Position numbers and translations under genes: made by a program. Source: Planctomycetota bacterium (lineage in GTDB: Bacteria; Planctomycetota; UBA8108; SXIK01). Taken from it: a DNA stretch of 64,000 bases. Where the stretch lies: positions 2,208,001 to 2,272,000 of the forward strand of contig CBDCXR010000004.1 in assembly GCA_965223845.1 (NCBI GenBank), in the 5' to 3' direction. This document shows positions 10,156-20,600 of this stretch, piece after piece. Positions within the stretch are counted from its first letter, which is position 1. Each line of letters begins with the position of its first letter. A model generated the notes under the pieces. The model was not told where the DNA came from. It worked only from the letters and a program-made list of their open reading frames with translations, and did no database searches.

Positions 10156-10293
10156 CGTCAGGATCGCCGCCCGAATCTGGCACTAGGACGACGGACGAGT
10201 CGCGGGCGGCCCCCTCGCGAAGCGAACCATCGAAGCCGCGAGCCCGGGCCGCGGCGATCGCGTGATCGGAAACCCGGTGATTCCGCCCGGCGG

Positions 10294-11190
10294 CTAGACG
10301 TCGAAGCACTCCGCTTTGACGCGAGCCTCGTAGAGCTCTTGCACGCGGCGCGTCACGGGTCCCTTGCGTCCGTCTCCGAGCGGCCTCCCGTCGACCGCCG
10401 TCACGGGCACGACACCGCGCACCGAGCTCGTGATGAACGCCTCGTCCGCGGTGCGCAGCGCGTCGGGGAGCAAGTTCCGTTCGGCGGTTCCGATTCCCGC
10501 CCCGGCGGCCTCCTCGAGAACGACGGCACGTGTGATGCCGTCGAGGATGCCGTGGCTGAGCGGTGTTTCGATGACTCCGTCGTGCACGAGAAAGAGATTC
10601 GATGTCGTCCCTTCGGCGAGATACCCTTCGGCGCTCTGAAGGATCGCCTCGTCGGCGCTTCCGTCCTTCGCCTCCTTGTAGGCGAGGATATTGTTGAGAA
10701 AGTTCCCGCTCTTGATGCTGGGGTCGAGTGCGTTCGGGCTGTTCGAGCGACGCTCCGAGATCACGATCCCGATGCCGCCTTCGACGGAGCTCTCCGACGA
10801 ATCTGGAACGCGACCCGTGAGCTCGAAGACGTAGATCAGATAGCTCGGCGAGCGGCATTGAGCAACGTCGAGTCCGAGCGGGCCGACGCCGCGTGACACG
10901 ACGAGGCGCGCACCCACATCGCCGTCGATCGGGACCTCTGCGATCGTTCGAAGAACTTCTCCCTCGAAATCGGCCCGTGCGGCCGGGAGCGAGAGAAAGA
11001 TCCGCTCGAGTGAGCGCTCGAGTCGATCGAGATGGCGTCCGAGCAGGAATGGGCGCCGGTGGTAGGTCCGCACCGTCTCGTAGACCGAGTCGCCGTAGAG
11101 AAACCCGTGGTCGAGCGCGGACACACGGGCTTCGTCGCCGGGCGATAGAGTCCCGTTGACGTTTACGAAGAGACTCGTATTTCGGCTCAA
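10294..11190 (-). CDS. class IV PLP aminotransferase (IlvE / D-amino-acid transaminase / ADC lyase family)
   Basis: 'LDHGFLYGDSVYET', 'IKSGNFLNNILA', 'LAEGTTSNLF', 'ILDGITR', 'ADEAFITSS'. Confidence 0.92.
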   Translation of the reverse strand: MSRNTSLFVNVNGTLSPGDEARVSALDHGFLYGDSVYETVRTYHRRPFLLGRHLDRLERSLERIFLSLPAARADFEGEVLRTIAEVPIDGDVGARLVVSRGVGPLGLDVAQCRSPSYLIYVFELTGRVPDSSESSVEGGIGIVISERRSNSPNALDPSIKSGNFLNNILAYKEAKDGSADEAILQSAEGYLAEGTTSNLFLVHDGVIETPLSHGILDGITRAVVLEEAAGAGIGTAERNLLPDALRTADEAFITSSVRGVVPVTAVDGRPLGDGRKGPVTRRVQELYEARVKAECFDV

Positions 11191-11260
11191 ACGTGGAGCT
11201 CCACTAGCAGATCGATGCGGTTCTGTCGGCGCCGAACATGCCAGATGCTCCGCTGCGCAA

Positions 11261-12304
11261 TCAAGGTCGTACCGCCACCGGTGCGCTGTCGTCGAGGGTG
11301 CGCACCGGCGGAGGAATCCACAGCACCTCGCGCGCTTCCCCCTCCGACAAGAAGCGCACGTCGTCGATCCATTCCGTGAGCACGACTTCCGTCACGGGGA
11401 GCGCTTCGTCCTCGAGGAACGGGTCCCTCTCGCCCGCTTTGCGCACCGGGCGAATCGCGCGGCGGCGATGGGTGCGCACGCCGGCGATGCGGTTCAGCGA
11501 GCGAACCTCGCCCGGCGGATCGAGCTCGACGACGTGACTCCGTCCGTCGAGGAAGGCGTGGACACCGCGGTAGTAGACGCGGAAGAGATGGCCGGTCGAC
11601 GGGTGGGGCTCGAGAAGATACGGTCCCGAGGGAAGCCCAGGCATGCGGGGGTAGACCTCGACGCGAGGATCGACCGCTCTCGGATGCGGCGCCATGAGCG
11701 TGCGATACTCCCACCGGCCATCGAGGGTGACGAGCTCCGGCGCGAGGAGAACACGAAGGCTCCGGAGAGCGAAATCCTCCCACGGGGCGCGATACGAGCG
11801 CACGAGACGAGCACCGGACCTCGGCGCGGCCGCTCCGAGTCCACCTTCCGACGGCGCCCCACGAGACTCCGGCTGCGCGTAGGCATGGAGGGCGGCGTCC
11901 GCCAACGGTACGAGCAGTCGCGGTGCGCCGGGTTCGAGCTGCAGCCACAGATAGGAAAAATCGTCGCGGCGAAATGCGATGCTATGGATGCGGAGCTGCC
12001 CCTTCTTCGACGCAGCTCGGTACCGAAACTCGACCGCCGCAGAGTCTTCCCAGCGGCCGGAGTCGCCGTGGCGACGCCGCAGTCCATCGACGACTTCTCC
12101 CGCCGGAGTCTCTGCGAACGGCGTCGCGACGAGGGGGCCGCGCGCGGCCGTCGAGCACGAGAGCGAAAGCGAGAGCGCTCCGAGCGACCCGACGATGATC
12201 AGGCCGGTGATCGCCGACCGACCGGCGAAGCACGGGGCCCGGTCCCCTCGATGCGCGATGCGACCGTCCTTCGGTCGAAAGAGTGAGACGATGGTCGCTT
12301 GCAC
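11261..12304 (-). CDS. hypothetical lipoprotein (start uncertain)
   Basis: Long ORF with hydrophobic segment ending 'LSLSCS'; co-oriented with the aminotransferase; no family recognised. Confidence 0.5.
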   Translation of the reverse strand: MQATIVSLFRPKDGRIAHRGDRAPCFAGRSAITGLIIVGSLGALSLSLSCSTAARGPLVATPFAETPAGEVVDGLRRRHGDSGRWEDSAAVEFRYRAASKKGQLRIHSIAFRRDDFSYLWLQLEPGAPRLLVPLADAALHAYAQPESRGAPSEGGLGAAAPRSGARLVRSYRAPWEDFALRSLRVLLAPELVTLDGRWEYRTLMAPHPRAVDPRVEVYPRMPGLPSGPYLLEPHPSTGHLFRVYYRGVHAFLDGRSHVVELDPPGEVRSLNRIAGVRTHRRRAIRPVRKAGERDPFLEDEALPVTEVVLTEWIDDVRFLSEGEAREVLWIPPPVRTLDDSAPVAVRP

Positions 12305-12583
12305 CTTGGCCCGCGCCTCCCCGGAGTACGGTGATTTAGGATCTGAGCGGAGCGAGAGGTCGCCATCCCGGCGGCGTGCCTCTCCCGGTGAGACTCTTAT
12401 CGGATCGACGTTCGCCGCCCGTTCAGCGAAATCACCGCGGCGAGGCTCGCATTCCCCGGGAATCGTGGTAGATGAGCAGGAAGACGGGGCACCCACGACT
12501 CCGACCCCCGACGACGACGCGATTCGGACGAAACGCCTTTGTGCGATTCCGCGAGCCGCGGCCCCTCCCTTCACTCCCTGCTG

Positions 12584-13162
12584 ATGCGCATCACCCGATT
12601 TCGCCTTCTGCGCCCGAGCGAGCCTTCCACCCGGGCCGCGCGGAGATCCCTTCCCCGACGCCGATGGCGACCGAACGGGGGAGAGACTCTCGCCTCGCTC
12701 CTCGACGCTGCGATGATCGCCCTCGCGCTCGCGCTAGTTTCGTGCCGTTCGACGAGTGATCCGGCGACCGGAGTCTTGAGCGTCGATCTCAACCACGCCG
12801 ACCCGAAAGTCCGCATCGCAGCGGCTCAGCGCGCGGTCGCGGAGTCCCGCGACGACCTGCTTCCGCTTCTCGTCGCCAACCTCGCCGATCGCGACGGTGC
12901 CGTGCGTTTCTTCACCCAGATTGCACTCCGAAAGCTGACGAGCGAGGACTTCGGGTATTCCTCGAGCGCACTCCCCGAGGATCGCGCGCGAGCGATTGCG
13001 CGCTGGCGACGGTGGCTCGACCGACGAGCGGAGCTCGCCGAAAGAGCCGCGGAGCGTTCCGAAAACATCGCACCAGCGCCCGCCGCGGACCCCGGCGACG
13101 ACGGCGAATCTTCGAACGCCATGCAGCGATCGGACCTGCGTTCGACATCGACCGCGAATTAA
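12584..13162 (+). CDS. HEAT-repeat lipoprotein (start uncertain, 12584 or 12713)
   Basis: 'ALALVSCRS' lipobox; 'DPKVRIAAA', 'LADRDGAVRFF..IALRKLT..DFGY', 'RARAIARWRRW'. Confidence 0.7.
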   Translation: MRITRFRLLRPSEPSTRAARRSLPRRRWRPNGGETLASLLDAAMIALALALVSCRSTSDPATGVLSVDLNHADPKVRIAAAQRAVAESRDDLLPLLVANLADRDGAVRFFTQIALRKLTSEDFGYSSSALPEDRARAIARWRRWLDRRAELAERAAERSENIAPAPAADPGDDGESSNAMQRSDLRSTSTAN

Positions 13163-13425
13163 CCCCGAGAGTCGTGGCGCGCGTCTCTGGGGCTGATTTC
13201 TCGTTCTTCCGTTGCGGACCTCGCGAGCTGGGTGTGAATCTCCCTTGGCACGAGCCCGAAACGCACGCCGCGAGGGCGCGTTGGCGGGTGGAGCACTCGG
13301 GTTGCGGATCGCATCGCTATCCCGTATGAATGACGGGCTCTCCCGACGCCACCGCGACTCGGCGTAACGCGAGAAGCGATGGCACTGCGATCGGCGGGCA
13401 ACAACATTCGGCCGCGAGGGACGAC

Positions 13426-14577
13426 ATGGCGCAGCGACGAAAAACGCTCGTGGTCGGTGGCGCGACAACGATCGGACTCGCTCTACTCCTCGTCGCGCTC
13501 TACGCCTCCGGCGCGCTCAGCGCGCTGCTCGAAGCCCGCGCTAAGGTTCAGATCGAGTTCGCCGACGTCCAAGGACTCGAGGAGGGCGATCCGGTCTTCC
13601 TCTTCGGTCTCGAGGTCGGAGAGGTCGCGAGCGTCACGCTCCTCCCGCGCGAAGCGGACGAAGCGGCTCGCCTTCGTGTCGAGGCGGCCTTGCCGGAACG
13701 CATCTGGTCGTACCTCCGCACCGACACGGACGCTGTGATCGAACGAACGACCGCGGATTCCGTGCGCCTCCTCCTCCGCGAGGGAGTTGGACCGGAGCTG
13801 CCGCGAGCCGGCGTCATCCGCGGACGTTCGCGCGCGGACTTCGCCGCCGTCGCCGAGCGGATGGAGAAAGTTCTGAGCGAAGCCGAACCGGTAGCGACGG
13901 CGATCGCGAACGTCGTCACCGAGATCGAGACGACCGCGGATCTCGGCCTTGCGTTCGCGCGTCTCGCGGCGTTTCCCGAGGAGCTCCGGCGCGACCTCGA
14001 GCCGGTCAAGACACAGGTCGAAGAGCTCATCCGGCTCCTTCGCGACACCCTCGAAGAGAATCGACTCGATCTCCGGCACGCGGTCGCCGACCTCAAGGAA
14101 ACAACGTCCCGCGCGCGCTCGATCACCGACAAGCTGCTCCTCACTCCGGAGAAGATCGTCCAGACGCTCGACGATCTGAAGAAGGTCGCGGGGCAGACGG
14201 CCGGACTCATTCGCGACAACCGTCCGCGCGTCAAGACGATCGTCGAGGACCTGCGCGAGACGGCGAGCAACGCGACCCAGCTCACCGCCGAAGTCCGCCG
14301 TCGGCCTTGGCTGCTCCTCTACCGCCCCTCGGCCGAAGAGCTCAAGGCGACGGAACTCTACGACGCGGCCTGGGCGTACAACCTAGGTGCGTCGGAGCTC
14401 CACCGAAGCCTCGAAGATCTCACCATCCAGCTCGACCGCGCGGCGCCCGAAGGCCCTGAGCTCAGTGAGGACGTTCAGAAGGAGCTCGAACTCGCGTACG
14501 AACGGGTGCGTCGGAGCCTCGATCGCCAACGGGAGGCGGAAGAAGAGTTTTGGCGCCGCCTTCACGCCGAACCGTAG
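13426..14577 (+). CDS. MlaD/MCE domain protein with long helical C-terminus
   Basis: N-terminal TM; 'FADVQGLEEGDPVFLFGLEVGEVASV' MCE signature; coiled-coil region; GAGGG upstream of ATG 13426. Confidence 0.85.
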   Translation: MAQRRKTLVVGGATTIGLALLLVALYASGALSALLEARAKVQIEFADVQGLEEGDPVFLFGLEVGEVASVTLLPREADEAARLRVEAALPERIWSYLRTDTDAVIERTTADSVRLLLREGVGPELPRAGVIRGRSRADFAAVAERMEKVLSEAEPVATAIANVVTEIETTADLGLAFARLAAFPEELRRDLEPVKTQVEELIRLLRDTLEENRLDLRHAVADLKETTSRARSITDKLLLTPEKIVQTLDDLKKVAGQTAGLIRDNRPRVKTIVEDLRETASNATQLTAEVRRRPWLLLYRPSAEELKATELYDAAWAYNLGASELHRSLEDLTIQLDRAAPEGPELSEDVQKELELAYERVRRSLDRQREAEEEFWRRLHAEP

Positions 14578-14660
14578 TTCGCATCGCTGGGTCGGTGAAT
14601 TCGCGAATGCGAGCAGCGTCGAGCCCGACATGCGCCAAAGCGCCGATCCCGATCGAGAAC

Positions 14661-15059
14661 CTAGGCCGAGCTCTGACGTTCTTTCATATCGGCGTACGCG
14701 GCATCGATCAAACGAAGCAGCGCCCGTTCATCGATAGAACGCTCCGGTCTCAGCTTTACGTGGCGCATGAACCTACCGGTTCCTTCCAGTAGGCCGTCCG
14801 GATCGGCGATCTCCGCGCCGTGAAAGAACCCGACGTTGACGTGCGCTGTAAACGCGTTCACGTACGCGAACGCGGCATCCTCGACACAGGCGGTCGGATG
14901 GCCGTCGTGGAGGATCTCGCGCACGTCGTCTCCGCGCTCACGCAAGACTTCGAACCAGCGCCGCGCGATCGCCCCCAACTCGTCGTCGTGCTGCCTCATC
15001 CAGCGCTCGATCGCAGGATCTCGCCGGACCGCACCGGCGAATCGGAAGAGTCGACTCAT
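14661..15059 (-). CDS. DUF1801 (YdhG-like) domain protein
   Basis: 'HDGHPTACV', 'HVNVGFFHGAEIADPDGLLEGTGRFMRHVKL'; start inferred at ATG 15059. Confidence 0.85.
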   Translation of the reverse strand: MSRLFRFAGAVRRDPAIERWMRQHDDELGAIARRWFEVLRERGDDVREILHDGHPTACVEDAAFAYVNAFTAHVNVGFFHGAEIADPDGLLEGTGRFMRHVKLRPERSIDERALLRLIDAAYADMKERQSSA

Positions 15060-15084
15060 CGCGGGCTCCGGTGCGCGAACGAGC

Positions 15085-17601
15085 TCACTCCCGTACGGGA
15101 GAGAACAGCGCGTTGAGAAGTAGGCGAAGCGAGTTCCCCGTCCAGCCGCGAAAATACGGCCGAAACCCGAAGAGCACCCATTCGCCGGCGGCGCCTTCTC
15201 GGCGGTACGTGGCGAGCAAACTCGCACCGATGCTATCGCCCGCGGCGAAACGCCGGGGTGCGCAGCGGCGAGAGTTTCCCGAGAGGCGCAGCACTGCGCG
15301 CGATAACGGAGACGCCGGCGGTGTCCACAGGACTCCCCCCTGAACGAAGACGTCGAATCCGCGATCGTATCCCCAGAGCAGCGCATCGCGAGCTCGAGAA
15401 GAGAACGGCACGGCAGAAGAAACCTCGACCATGACGCCAGGAAACGCGTCCGACTCGAGGGAGACCTCCGCGAGCGGCAGATCGCACGTCGTCGCCATCC
15501 AGCGAGATGCCCGTCCGAAGCTGACGACGCGTGCGCCGGATGCCACGGCGGACTCGATCTGAAGACGAAGCTCGGGACGTGGCCGACGGAGCGTTCCTTC
15601 AGCGGCGAGAAGGACTACCGGTCCCCCGCGAGTCTCGCGCGCGAACGAATCCGCGGGGACCGCGAGCTCCTCGATGTCGAGGTGGCGAAAACGTACCCCC
15701 GCGTCCTCGAGCACCCAGCGCAGCCAGCCTTCGTCCTTCGCGGGTCGCGTCCCCCGGAGGACGTAGACGTCCGGATAGCGAAATGCGCGCGTCACGTCAC
15801 TCGACCCGACGAGCACCAGTTCCTCGGCGGTCAGCTCCCTCGCGTCCGATCCGTCGTCGACGATCCGCTCGATCCACGACGAGTCGGGGCCGCGAAGGAG
15901 GAAGTCTCCCGGACGCACCAGGTCTTCGAAGTCGTTCACGGCGTCGACGACACGCTCGATCCGCGCCCCCGCTTCGATGAGATCGGCGAGCTCGGCGTAG
16001 AACGCGATGGAGCGCGGTGTGACGACCCACGCACCGCCACGCGCGCGGACGTCCGGGGACACGGTTCGCAGCGTCCCCGGTGGCGGCGTCGCCCGCGCGG
16101 CTCCGAGTGCAGATTCATTCACGCCCGTTTCACTCGATTGAATCACTCGCGTTTCGACTCCGGCGAAGTGAGCGAGATCGTGGACGCTCGAATCGTACGG
16201 CGACGAATTGAACGTCGTTCGCCCGTCGCGGTCGCTCTCGTCGCCGGACGGCGCGGGCGGATACGGGATGCAAGTAAGGAGCGACCGTGTCCAGCCGATC
16301 CCCTCGACCGGATCGCGGACCTCGTAGAGATCACGTCCTTTCGCTCGCACCCGTGCGCCCCCGAAACGGAGCGCCCCGAGAAGATCGTCGACGACGCGCG
16401 GATCCGCTTTCCCGGCAGAGATCTCCACCGCTTCGGATTGTGCACGCGCCGTCGCGCGATGCCGATCGCGCGCGCGGCGCGGATCGCCGTCGAGCATCGC
16501 GGCGAGGGCGGCGACCGTGGCGTCCTCGAGAAGAGCGATCGTCTGGGGCATCCCCCAGAGACCTCCGCGCCAAGGGTAAGGATGATCGGGAGTCGCATCG
16601 TTCCCGCGACCGAAGACCCAGAGCTCGCGCTCGTGGACCGCACGGCTGAAGACCCAGCGCGCCGATGCCGCTTCGACGAGGAAGCGGAGTCCTCCGTGGT
16701 AGAGGGGGTACGCGCGCGCGGGCGTCCACGCGTCGTACACCCATCGGCGTGCGATCCCGCGGTGCCCGCGCGAGGAGAGATCCGTAAGGACCGCGCCACC
16801 GATGCGATCGAGCTCCGCGAGAAGGTCCGGCGCGACCGAAGGATCGACCGGATCGGCATAGGGCGGAACGAAGAGGCGCGGGCCGAGGGCGCCCGTCTGA
16901 TGAAGGTCGATGGTGATCCACGGGCGAAGCGGGCGGTGAATTCGCGCCACGAGCGCGCGGACTTCCGCCTGCGTGCCGACGATCCAATCGCGATTGAGAT
17001 CGTGTCCCGTATAGCGATGGCTGAGAACGGGCAGCGAACGCGCGCGCCGCCCAGCGCCGCGAAGCCACTCCGCTACGCGGTCGGTGCCGTCGGGATTCAC
17101 CGTCGGTACGACGATCGTCACCGCGCGTCGGCGAAGCTCGTCGAGTGCGGACTCCTCGCTCGAGACGAGACGATGGAGAATCGGGAGAGACGCCGGACTC
17201 GATGCGACCTCGCTCGGGTGGATGCCACAGGTGATGAGAACGACGAGAGGATCGCCGGGGTCTCCGGCTCGAACGGCGTCGAGCCGACCGGGCTCGGCAA
17301 TGAGGATCCCCCAGAGTGGTCGCCCCTCGGTCGAGATCCCGTAACGGAACAGCGTCGCCCGCGGAGAGTTCGCCGCGAGCTGCGCGGAGTATCCGAGGAG
17401 CTCGGAAACGCCGAGGATCGAACCGGACGCCGCCGGGTCAACGCCCAGGACCTCGGCGGGCGGCGCGACGTCCCCCGCGGCGGCCGACGGCCGGAACGCG
17501 CACACGAACGCGCATGCGAGCAGCACCGCGCGGCGCAGCCCGCCCGTGCGGTGGGGAGGGTGTCGGTGCGGCGGTCCGAGCCCGCCTTCGATCGAGGTCA
17601 C
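15085..17601 (-). CDS. secreted M14-family zinc carboxypeptidase
   Basis: 'STEGRP', zinc motif 'GIHPSE', 'NPDG', 'DLNRDW', 'DLHQ'; GTG start overlaps the uvrA stop (GTGA). Confidence 0.82.
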   Translation of the reverse strand: MTSIEGGLGPPHRHPPHRTGGLRRAVLLACAFVCAFRPSAAAGDVAPPAEVLGVDPAASGSILGVSELLGYSAQLAANSPRATLFRYGISTEGRPLWGILIAEPGRLDAVRAGDPGDPLVVLITCGIHPSEVASSPASLPILHRLVSSEESALDELRRRAVTIVVPTVNPDGTDRVAEWLRGAGRRARSLPVLSHRYTGHDLNRDWIVGTQAEVRALVARIHRPLRPWITIDLHQTGALGPRLFVPPYADPVDPSVAPDLLAELDRIGGAVLTDLSSRGHRGIARRWVYDAWTPARAYPLYHGGLRFLVEAASARWVFSRAVHERELWVFGRGNDATPDHPYPWRGGLWGMPQTIALLEDATVAALAAMLDGDPRRARDRHRATARAQSEAVEISAGKADPRVVDDLLGALRFGGARVRAKGRDLYEVRDPVEGIGWTRSLLTCIPYPPAPSGDESDRDGRTTFNSSPYDSSVHDLAHFAGVETRVIQSSETGVNESALGAARATPPPGTLRTVSPDVRARGGAWVVTPRSIAFYAELADLIEAGARIERVVDAVNDFEDLVRPGDFLLRGPDSSWIERIVDDGSDARELTAEELVLVGSSDVTRAFRYPDVYVLRGTRPAKDEGWLRWVLEDAGVRFRHLDIEELAVPADSFARETRGGPVVLLAAEGTLRRPRPELRLQIESAVASGARVVSFGRASRWMATTCDLPLAEVSLESDAFPGVMVEVSSAVPFSSRARDALLWGYDRGFDVFVQGGVLWTPPASPLSRAVLRLSGNSRRCAPRRFAAGDSIGASLLATYRREGAAGEWVLFGFRPYFRGWTGNSLRLLLNALFSPVRE

Positions 17602-20600
17602 GGCGCACCGCTCCGCGCGGCAGCCGCGTCGAAGACCCGACGAAGACACTCCCCCGTCCGGCTCCCCTCGCTTCGAGCGATCTCCGCGGGAGGTCCGTAC
17701 GCGACGATCCGCCCCCCCTCCTCGCCGGCCCCCGGCCCGAGGTCGATCACCCAATCCGCCGAAGCGATGACATCGAGGTTGTGCTCGATGACGACCACCG
17801 TCTGCCCGCGGTCGACAAGCGCCTGGAGCACGTCGAGCAGAGCGCGGACGTCTTCGAAGTGGAGCCCGGTTGTCGGCTCGTCGAGGACGAAGACACCCTC
17901 TCGGCGCGAACGATTCGATAGTTCCGCGGCGAGCTTGACGCGCTGAGCCTCCCCGCCGGAGAGCGTCGTCGCGGGCTGTCCGAGCTTGACGTAGCCGAGG
18001 CCCACCTCCTGCAGACAGCCGAGGATGCGGCGGCAGGCAGGATGCTCGGAAAAGAGCTCCGCCGCCTCGTCGACCTCGAGATCGAGCACGTCACCGATGC
18101 TCTTTCCGCGGTAGCGAACCGCTAGCGTCTCGGAATCGTAGCGCTTTCCGCGGCAGACCTCGCACTTCACCCACACGTCCGAAAGGAACTGCATGTCGAT
18201 GAACCGGACTCCGAGTCCTTCGCACGCGACGCAGCGGCCGGCGGGGACGTTGAAGCTGAAGCGGCTCGCGTTGAAGCCCTTGACGCGCGCCAGCGGCAGT
18301 CCGGCGTAGAACTCGCGAACGCGATCCCACACCCCCGTGTAGGTCGCGGGATTCGACCGCGGCGATCGGCCGATCGGATTCTGGTCGACGACGCAGAGCC
18401 GCAGAATCCCTTCGAGGCCGTCGACCCGCGCACCGCCGGTCTCGGGTCGCGGCAGATTGCGCGCGACGCTCGCGGCGAACACGTCGAGAACGAGCGATGA
18501 CTTACCGGAGCCGGAGACTCCCGCAACGACGGTGAATCGCTGACGCGGGATGTCGATCGAAACATCGCGCAGGTTGTGAAGCCGCGCTCCGCGGATCGAG
18601 AACTGCGCCTCGGCGGGCCCTCTCTCGACGCGGCGCACCGCGCTCTCCTCCGCCCGGAGGAAGCGCGCCGTCGAGCTCGAAGCGTCACGGATGACATCGT
18701 CCGGCGTGCCTGCAGCGACGACCTCTCCGCCGCGATACCCGGCTCCGGGACCGAGCTCGATCAAGTGATCGGCGCGACGCATCACATCGGCGTCGTGCTC
18801 GACGACGAGAACGGTGTTCCCGAGCGACCGCAGCTCTTCGAGAGTCGCGAGCAGGCGCTCCGTGTCCGCGGGATGGAGTCCGACGGTCGGTTCGTCGAGG
18901 ACGTAGAGAACGCCGGAGAGTCGACTGCCGAGCTGCGAGGCGAGACGGATGCGCTGCGCCTCGCCGCCGGAAAGCGTGTCCGCGGTACGGTCGAGGGTGA
19001 GATAGTCGAGGCCGACGTCGGCGAGGAACCGGAGCCGACCGCGAAGCTCGTCGAGTACTTGCTCGACGACCTTCGCGTCGCGTGGGGACAGCTCGAGCGC
19101 GGAGAGGAACTCACGCGCGTCCGAGATCGTCATCGCCGTGAAGTCCCAAACGTTCTTCCCGCGGATGCGTACGGCGAGAAACTCCGGGCGGAGTCTTCCT
19201 CCGCCGCACGCAGAGCAGACGCCCTCGACGAAGAGCCCGCGGAGTGCCGATGCCGCGTCGCCGAGCGTGCCGAGTCGCTCCCACCGCTCGAGCGATCCGA
19301 CGAGTCCCTCCCACGTCACGTCGACGACCGAGCCGCTCTCGATGGGAAGGGACACGGTCTCGGTGCCCTCGCCGTAAAGAACGGCCGCGCGATCGGCGTG
19401 CGAGTACTCCGCGAACGACACCTGAGTGAGGTCGCGCGCTTCGAGGATCGCCCGCAAGGCCCTGAGCACAGCCGGACGAAAATGTTCGAGGAACTTCGAG
19501 TAGACCGGATCGAGCGCGTCCGGGAGCGTCTTCGTCCCCCACGGCACGGCGCGATCGGGATCGACTCGGTTCTCGCGGCCGAGTCCGCCGCAGCGCTCGC
19601 AGCATCCTTGGTGGCTGTTGAACGAGAACGAACGGGGGGTCACTTCGCGCTCGAGCACGAACCCGCAGCGCCGGCACGTCGGGACTGTCGTGTACATCGC
19701 CGGCGCGCGATCGCCCACCCGCACCGCCGCGCGCCCGCGCCCGTGCTCGAACGCGCTCTCGAGCGAGCTCGCGAGCCGGGACTGAGCGCGCTCACCGGCG
19801 ACGACACGGTCGACGACGATGCAGAGGGGGTCCGTCGACGCACCGCCCTCGCGTTCGGCGTCGGATCGCACGGCGGCGAGGAGTCGACGCGCCGGCCGGT
19901 CTCCCTCCTCGTCGAGGCGGACCTCCTCCCCTCCGGCGATGACTCGCGTGAAGCCACTCTTCACCAGCACGGTGATCCAGCGGCGGACGTCATCGAGCTG
20001 CCCGCCGCTCTCGGCGCCGTCGTCCCAGCCGCTCGTCGGCGCGAGCACGTAGAGACGCTCGCCACCTTCCTCCTCGACGAGTGTCGCCGCGAGTCGCGTC
20101 GGACTCGTCCAGTCGAGAGCTTCTGCACAGTCGGGGCACTCCGGCGTCCCGATCCGCGCGAACAGGATTCGCACGAAGTCGTAGATCTCCGTGATGGTCG
20201 CCACGGTCGAGCGCGGATTGGCGCGCACCGACTGCTGATCGATCGCGATCGCCGGCGAGAGCCCCTGGATGCGCTCGATCGCCGGCGAGTGCATCTGCCC
20301 GAGAAAGCGCCGCGCGTACGTCGACAGCGACTCGATGTACCGCCGTTGTCCTTCGGCGAAGATCGTATCGAGCGCGAGGGAGGTCTTGCCGGACCCTGAT
20401 ACTCCCGTCACGACCGTCAGACGGCCGCGCGGGATCGTGACGTCCACGCCCTTCAGATTGTGCTCCGACGCGCCGGTGACGACGAGATCGCCGGCGAGGC
20501 CCTCCGCCGGAGGCGCGTTCTCCGTCGTGAGTCCGCGCTTCTTCGCGGCGCGCGATTCGTCTCCGGAGAGGACCGCGCGGAGGTAGGCGCCGGTGTGCGA

